A stretch of DNA of 64,000 nt from Azolla caroliniana (taxonomy: Eukaryota > Plantae > Polypodiophyta): the NCBI GenBank assembly GCA_043228905.1, contig JBHGNT010000015.1:13702001-13766000 (forward strand), in the 5' to 3' direction. The position numbers and the translations under genes were made by a program. This document shows positions 59,401-64,000 of the stretch, one piece after another; position 1 is the stretch's first letter, and every line of letters begins with the position of its first letter. A model generated the notes under the pieces. The model was not told where the DNA came from, did no database searches, and saw only the letters and a program-made list of their open reading frames with translations.

Positions 59401-61817
59401 TGCCCCCGGTATTCCCCTCCGTTATCCGCTCGTATCGCTTTCAGCTTCTTGCCGGATTCCCTTTCCACTCTCGCGTGGAATTCTTTGAAGACGCACAACA
59501 CTTGGTCCTTTGTCTTCAACGATGCCATCCACAGCTTCCGGCTGTGGTCATCAATGAATGTCACGAAGTACTGGGCTCCGCCATGTGACTTCGTTTCTAC
59601 TTGACACACGTGAGTGTGCACCAACTCCAATGGTGCGCTACGTCTCGTCGGTGGCCTTGAGTGGAAGGAGGTTCGGTTCTGCTTACCGGCCAGGCAATCG
59701 GTGCACTTCTCCAGGTGCACATGCTTCACTGGAATAAGGTTGTCTTCTGCAAGCCTCTTCATCCCCTTCTCGCTCATGTGGCACAGTCTCTTGTGCCATA
59801 GCTCACCAGCAGTGCCAGCTGCCACGTTCAGCTCCTCCGGACATAGCCGGGAATTCATCAGGTACAGTGTGTTGACCTTCCGGGCCCGAGCCACTATCAG
59901 GCTCCCTTTGCTGAACTTCATGACACCGTTCCGGATGCTACCCGTGTAGCCTTCATCGTCTAGCCTCCCGGTCGAAATCAGGTTCAATCGAACCTCCGGA
60001 ATGTGTCGAACATCCTTCAGCAGCATCTTGCATCCGGTTGATGTCATCAGCCACACGTCTCCTATGCCGGCAATCCGGCATGTACCTTCATTTCCCATCC
60101 GGACACAGCCGTGCTCACCGGCTGTGTAGGATGAGAAGTATTTCTTCTCCGGGGTCAGGTGGAACGACGCTCCGGAATCGACCACCCAGGTCATCTCTTC
60201 ACCGGCAAGGTTCAGTTCCCTCTCTCCGGTAATGAGCATTATCTCTTCTTCACTTGCCGCGAGTGCCGTCGTTCCTTTCCGGTCCTGCCCTCGCCGATCC
60301 GGACCTCTCCGGTCCGTGGCTCCCCGGTATGCACCGTTTCGCTCCGGTGACTTCTTCGAATCGGTGTCGTCGGCTCCGTTGTCTTTTCGGTAATGCCGAC
60401 AATTCTTCCGGAAGTGCCCCGGCTTCCCACAGTGGAAGCATGTGGGCCTTCCTCTTGACTGCGACCGGGTCCCCGACTTCTCCCGTCTTTGCGGACTCCG
60501 GTTCCGTTGTCTTCCCCGTTCCGATTCGGCAAGCAGCGCCTTCGAGTCGGTGGCCGGTTCTTTATCTCTCCGACGCGCTTCTTCGTTCAAAATACTTGTC
60601 TTTACCGTTTGTAGGGACAAGTTATCTTCGGTGCAGGAGGTGTTGAGAGTCACCACCAAGTTCTCCCAGCTTTTCGGCAATGTACACATCAGGATGATGG
60701 CTTGCATTGCATCCTCCAACGGGAACTTGATCGCCGCAAGCTGGTTCACGAATCCCATGAACGTGCTTACGTGTTCCACCATACTCTCGTCATCCCGGTA
60801 CTTGAGGTTCACTATCTTCCTCATCAGGGAGGTCCGGTTCAACGCATTCTTCCTCTCGTAGAGGCCCGACAGCTTCCGCCACATCTCATATGCGTTGGTG
60901 TCGTTCGCCACATGTTGTAGAACGCTCACGTCGACGTATTGCCGAATGGTTGCAACGGCTTTCCGGTTCAGAAGCCTCCATTCCGTCTCAAGTACCCCCT
61001 TGGGTATTTCCGACCTGTCGATCGGTTCATACAGGTCCCGAACAATGAGCAGATCCTCCATCTTTATCTTCCAGTCGGCGTAGTTCTGCGCATTCAGCAC
61101 CATCATCCCCGGCTGCCCGCTGTTGCCGCCTTCCATTTTCTGTGTTACCGTCGCTCTGATACCAAATTGTTACAAAACGGTGCTCGGCCACAACCGAGGA
61201 ATAGGATCAACTCACAGTAAACGGGAAATACAAAGTGCACAGGGACAATAGAGAGAAAGGTACACTGGATATTTTGCGTGGAAAACCCTAAATGGGAAAA
61301 ACCACGGGAGTCCTCTAACTCCAACTATCACTATGAACAGGGATGTACACTGGTGAAGCTACAAGGCAACAACCTTGAGCTCACTGTCTTCACCACAGAC
61401 GGCGGCAATACACAGAGGCAACGACCTCTTCGTCTCTCTCTCTCTCTCTCTCTCTCGGCTGCTCTCACTTCGCATAAAAATGAGCAACAACATAAAACTG
61501 TTTGCCCTAAGTCATATTTATACACATATGACTTTCGGGCTATTTACAAATATAGCCTCAAGGGCCCTTGGCAAACATATTCACAAATATGTCCCCGCAT
61601 CCGGATCTCTCTCCGGGTACATACGTCATCCGGCTCCGTAACCGGGGTCTTCAGCATCCGGCTCCGTAACCGGGGTCTTCATCATCCGGATCCGCAGCCG
61701 GGTACTCTTCATCCGGCTTCATGCCGGGTACTCTTCATCATACGGTTCCGTAACAGCCTCCGGGCTTGCCGTCATTCATCTCCGGACATCCCATCCGGAG
61801 GGACCGAAATCCCAACA
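56418..61817 (-). mobile_element. Young Ty1/copia element of the same family as 29291-34768; 5' LTR 61168-61817, 3' LTR 56418-57052 lacking its terminal 15 bp
   Basis: LTRs near-identical (one substitution seen). PBS gctctgatacca at 61153-61164. PPT ctcccctt. Confidence 0.97.
57063..61136 (-). CDS. copia Gag-Pol polyprotein (1357 aa)
   Basis: Uninterrupted ORF highly similar to 30002-34078. The first integrase acidic residue reads HTH instead of HTD. Confidence 0.97.
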   Translation of the reverse strand: MEGGNSGQPGMMVLNAQNYADWKIKMEDLLIVRDLYEPIDRSEIPKGVLETEWRLLNRKAVATIRQYVDVSVLQHVANDTNAYEMWRKLSGLYERKNALNRTSLMRKIVNLKYRDDESMVEHVSTFMGFVNQLAAIKFPLEDAMQAIILMCTLPKSWENLVVTLNTSCTEDNLSLQTVKTSILNEEARRRDKEPATDSKALLAESERGRQRNRSPQRREKSGTRSQSRGRPTCFHCGKPGHFRKNCRHYRKDNGADDTDSKKSPERNGAYRGATDRRGPDRRGQDRKGTTALAASEEEIMLITGERELNLAGEEMTWVVDSGASFHLTPEKKYFSSYTAGEHGCVRMGNEGTCRIAGIGDVWLMTSTGCKMLLKDVRHIPEVRLNLISTGRLDDEGYTGSIRNGVMKFSKGSLIVARARKVNTLYLMNSRLCPEELNVAAGTAGELWHKRLCHMSEKGMKRLAEDNLIPVKHVHLEKCTDCLAGKQNRTSFHSRPPTRRSAPLELVHTHVCQVETKSHGGAQYFVTFIDDHSRKLWMASLKTKDQVLCVFKEFHARVERESGKKLKAIRADNGGEYRGQFEEYCRSKGIRLEFTVPKTPELNGLAERMNRTIMERVRSMLAHAKLPKGFWAEAMSTATYVINRSPSVPLDGDTPQKVWTGKEVSYRHLKVFGCLAYVHVAKDRRGKLDPKTRPCIFLGYGDDEFGYRVWDPVDKKIFRSRDIIFMEDKTLADWESEKKMKSSKSTGENQLYEEQSRPARDRLALEDPAEDGEETEPAEEDETDTGTGPDLEMDSDEEETEEPVTEAPERRYPLRERRAPRRFPEPEHVLLTDEGEPESFEEAKLDTHSRRWLSAMQEEMDSLHENHTYELVELPKGKRALRNKWVFKLKPGDAGNPPRYKARIVVKGFQQKKGVDFDEIFAPVVKMTSIRTVLSIAASVDLEVEQMDVKTAFLHGDLEEEIYMQQPEGFEKKGKEHLVCRLKKSLYGLKQAPRQWYRKFDSFMTDEGYHKTQSDHCVFVKKFEGGDFLILLLYVDDMLIVGRDQVKIRMLKKALHRTFSMKDLGPARQILGMHIIRDRKKKQLWLSQEKYVTKVLHRFNMSEARPVGSTLPANCKLSSKQSPKTKAEKEDMMKVPYASVVGSLMYAMVCTRPDIGYAVGVVSRYMSNPGKEHWNAVKWILRYLKGTANVYLRFGSGKPELDGFTDSDMSADADTSRSTSGYVMTYAGGAVSWQSRLQKTVALSTTEAEYMAAVEAGKEIIWMKDFIRELGIRQEEYRLYCDSQSAIHLAKNAAYHSRTKHIQRRYHWIRERIEDKEFVLTKIHTDENGSDMLTKVLTPDKLEACRKRIGLERHPMPK

Positions 61818-62244
61818 GTTATGCATGTTGACATGATTTTCTTCTACCAAAAGCATCAATTAGAGGTTGAAGAAATATGATAATTTCTCAATTGTGAGGA
61901 TGGAGATCCTCAACAATTTGAGCTATTGGGGGAGGCCATCAAAGCATGTCTCCATCATTGCATCCTCCTTGGCTTTTACATCCATCAAATAAAGAGAGTC
62001 GTATAATTATTTTATTTAAGGTAATATCATTAATGAATGTATCTTCTTTATGAAGTTCTCTCAGCTTGTCTTAGCAAATTTTCTTGACATTCGAACATGT
62101 ATCCTTGAATGTTTTTGTGTCTTGCATATACATGAGCATGTGATTGTGCATGCAGTTTGCAAGAAAATAATTTATTCAACTTGGCCTTTATTACCATCAT
62201 GTGTAGTTTGCCTACGTCAGATCAAGCATTGTCTCAAGTTTCCT
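61818..62244. repeat. 427-bp direct repeat, copy 2
   Basis: Matches 55993-56419. Confidence 0.95.
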
Positions 62245-63506
62245 TCGATGAACCCCATTATCTTTAACCAACAAGGTATTAATGCATCTTATATTTGCAA
62301 TTGTAAAGTTTCTCTGAGAGAAGTTCTTATTCAAATTCCCATTTAGATTATTGGTGTCAATATCTTGTTCTTATTTTATTCCTTACTTCTCCACACAAGT
62401 GGTCGAATCCGCTACAAGGAAAATTGATGGTTGTCTTGAAGGTGTCACGATAAGTGCATTAAGATATCACAAAAGGGGGGGAACCTTTCCTCAGGTTTCT
62501 ACTGACAAAATGATAATAATCATTCACTAAATGATACCATAATAAGAATCATTGATAGATTCAACTGGGTTTTGACTTCAGGTGGAAGTCTAAAAGAAGT
62601 CAAGAATGCACTTTGTAGATGAGATGATGGATTGCCAATGGAAAACAACAAAGTTATTGTGGTTCACATACTTCATGTTCTATGCCTTTCTATTTTCACA
62701 TGTCGTGGAACAAAGTGTGTTATCATGGCTACAAGTCATCATGGTGGCATTGTTATATCATCATCTTTTTATGTACATAGGAATCTATTCTCAAGATCCA
62801 TCATCACCTTTTCAAAGAAGCCATCATGGTGGGCCTAATACTATTGGCGCACATGAGTCATATAGATGCTTTAAGGTCTTATCACTGCACATGCGCGTGG
62901 GGTATGAACAATATCACTTATGTCAAACACCCATGGGTTGAGAAGCTGTTTTGAGCACATTCCATCACTAGTCTAATGGGGTTGATTGTCGTAATGCTAT
63001 TGTAGACAATAGAAAACACCCTTAAACATTGGCATTTTCACCATTTTGACTGAAGACTAAGATTGCGTAACATTCGGTAATTAAAAAACAAAATCAAGAT
63101 ACATGATTCAAACATCGTACCTTGATATTTAGCACATTATTCCTTTTGGTAGGGTAAAAGGTCTAGCTTTGTCATGTGGTTCTTACAACAAACTATAATA
63201 TGAGATTGTCCCCAAAAATATCGATTAGAGTGGGCATGTGCCATACATGGATCCCACTTGAAAATACATGGATTACTCTTACCATAGATACCCAATCTTG
63301 GGTTAAATGGTGTTGAGAATCAAGCTCAACATAGTGCAACATGTGAACACAACTTTTGAGAATCTATGATCAATCAAAGGTCAAGAGTCACACCACTACT
63401 CTCTACACATTAACTATGTGTCATAGAATCATATTTTATGACACATAACTAATGAGTTTTATATTCCCCATGACTAATGGGTCTCCACATTTCCCAAGAG
63501 AGTGGT

Positions 63507-63780
63507 TGTTGTAGTTTGTTAATGAAGAGAGAGTGTGACTATATAAAGCACCCTCCTCCTACGTCATACTAAGTCAGTTATGACTCCTTGTAATACTACA
63601 TTTTGTATTTGCTTCTACTTGTGAATATACACCTTCTTTTTTAGTATTTAATTTTTCGCATCTATCTATCTTGTGTTTTCTCTTCTCTCATATATTTCCT
63701 CTGCACACATACACATAACACACATATCTTCCGCTGCACAAGAATCATATCCAATTCTTTACAAATGGATATCGTTTCTG
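63507..63780 (+). mobile_element. Possible old LTR with a degenerate PBS
   Basis: tgttg start, ctatataa, CT-rich U5, ...tttaca followed by aatggatatc. No partner LTR in the window. Confidence 0.35.
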
Positions 63781-64000
63781 TGACCTTTTTCAATGTAATC
63801 ATCACAACGTAGATCAACAAAACCCCTAAAGTACTTATTGCTCTTTCTCAACTTTAACCCCTACTCGTGCTAATTGGGAAAGTGACAAGCACCATGCTAT
63901 TGGTTTGTGAGAGATATAAACAACAAACAAGAAGAATTCAGTACTTGTCCACTATGTTATAGTTTGGTAAGGAAATTCTCATATACAGACCCACCATTTG

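Overview
Eukaryotic, transposon-dominated plant DNA. The PLS-type PPR gene and the retroelement families suggest a fern or other seed-free plant (inference). Most of the window is a roughly seven-level nest: tRNA-Trp-primed Ty3/gypsy (from ~9462) > self-priming chromovirus (12000-43776) > Tat/Athila-like gypsy (16945-~43207) > TIR DNA transposon (20494-40658) > short LTR-like unit (~27606-38503) > non-autonomous LTR element (28325-38404) > intact young Ty1/copia (29291-34768). Outside the nest are several copia remnants, a hAT element with captured sequence (46879-49713), one apparently intact host gene (PPR, E-class) and a second near-intact copia flanked by a 427-bp target duplication. The most interesting object is the ~9.3-kb (net of insertions) DNA transposon. 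It carries a Sola-like DDD/E transposase and, divergently, a spliced gene for a ParB/Srx-like domain fused to a bacterial-type beta-class N4C/N6A DNA methyltransferase. Intron 1 of that gene holds an 11-copy, ~51-bp-period palindrome array. Both genes are decayed in this copy. All family assignments come from motif recognition by eye; no searches were run.
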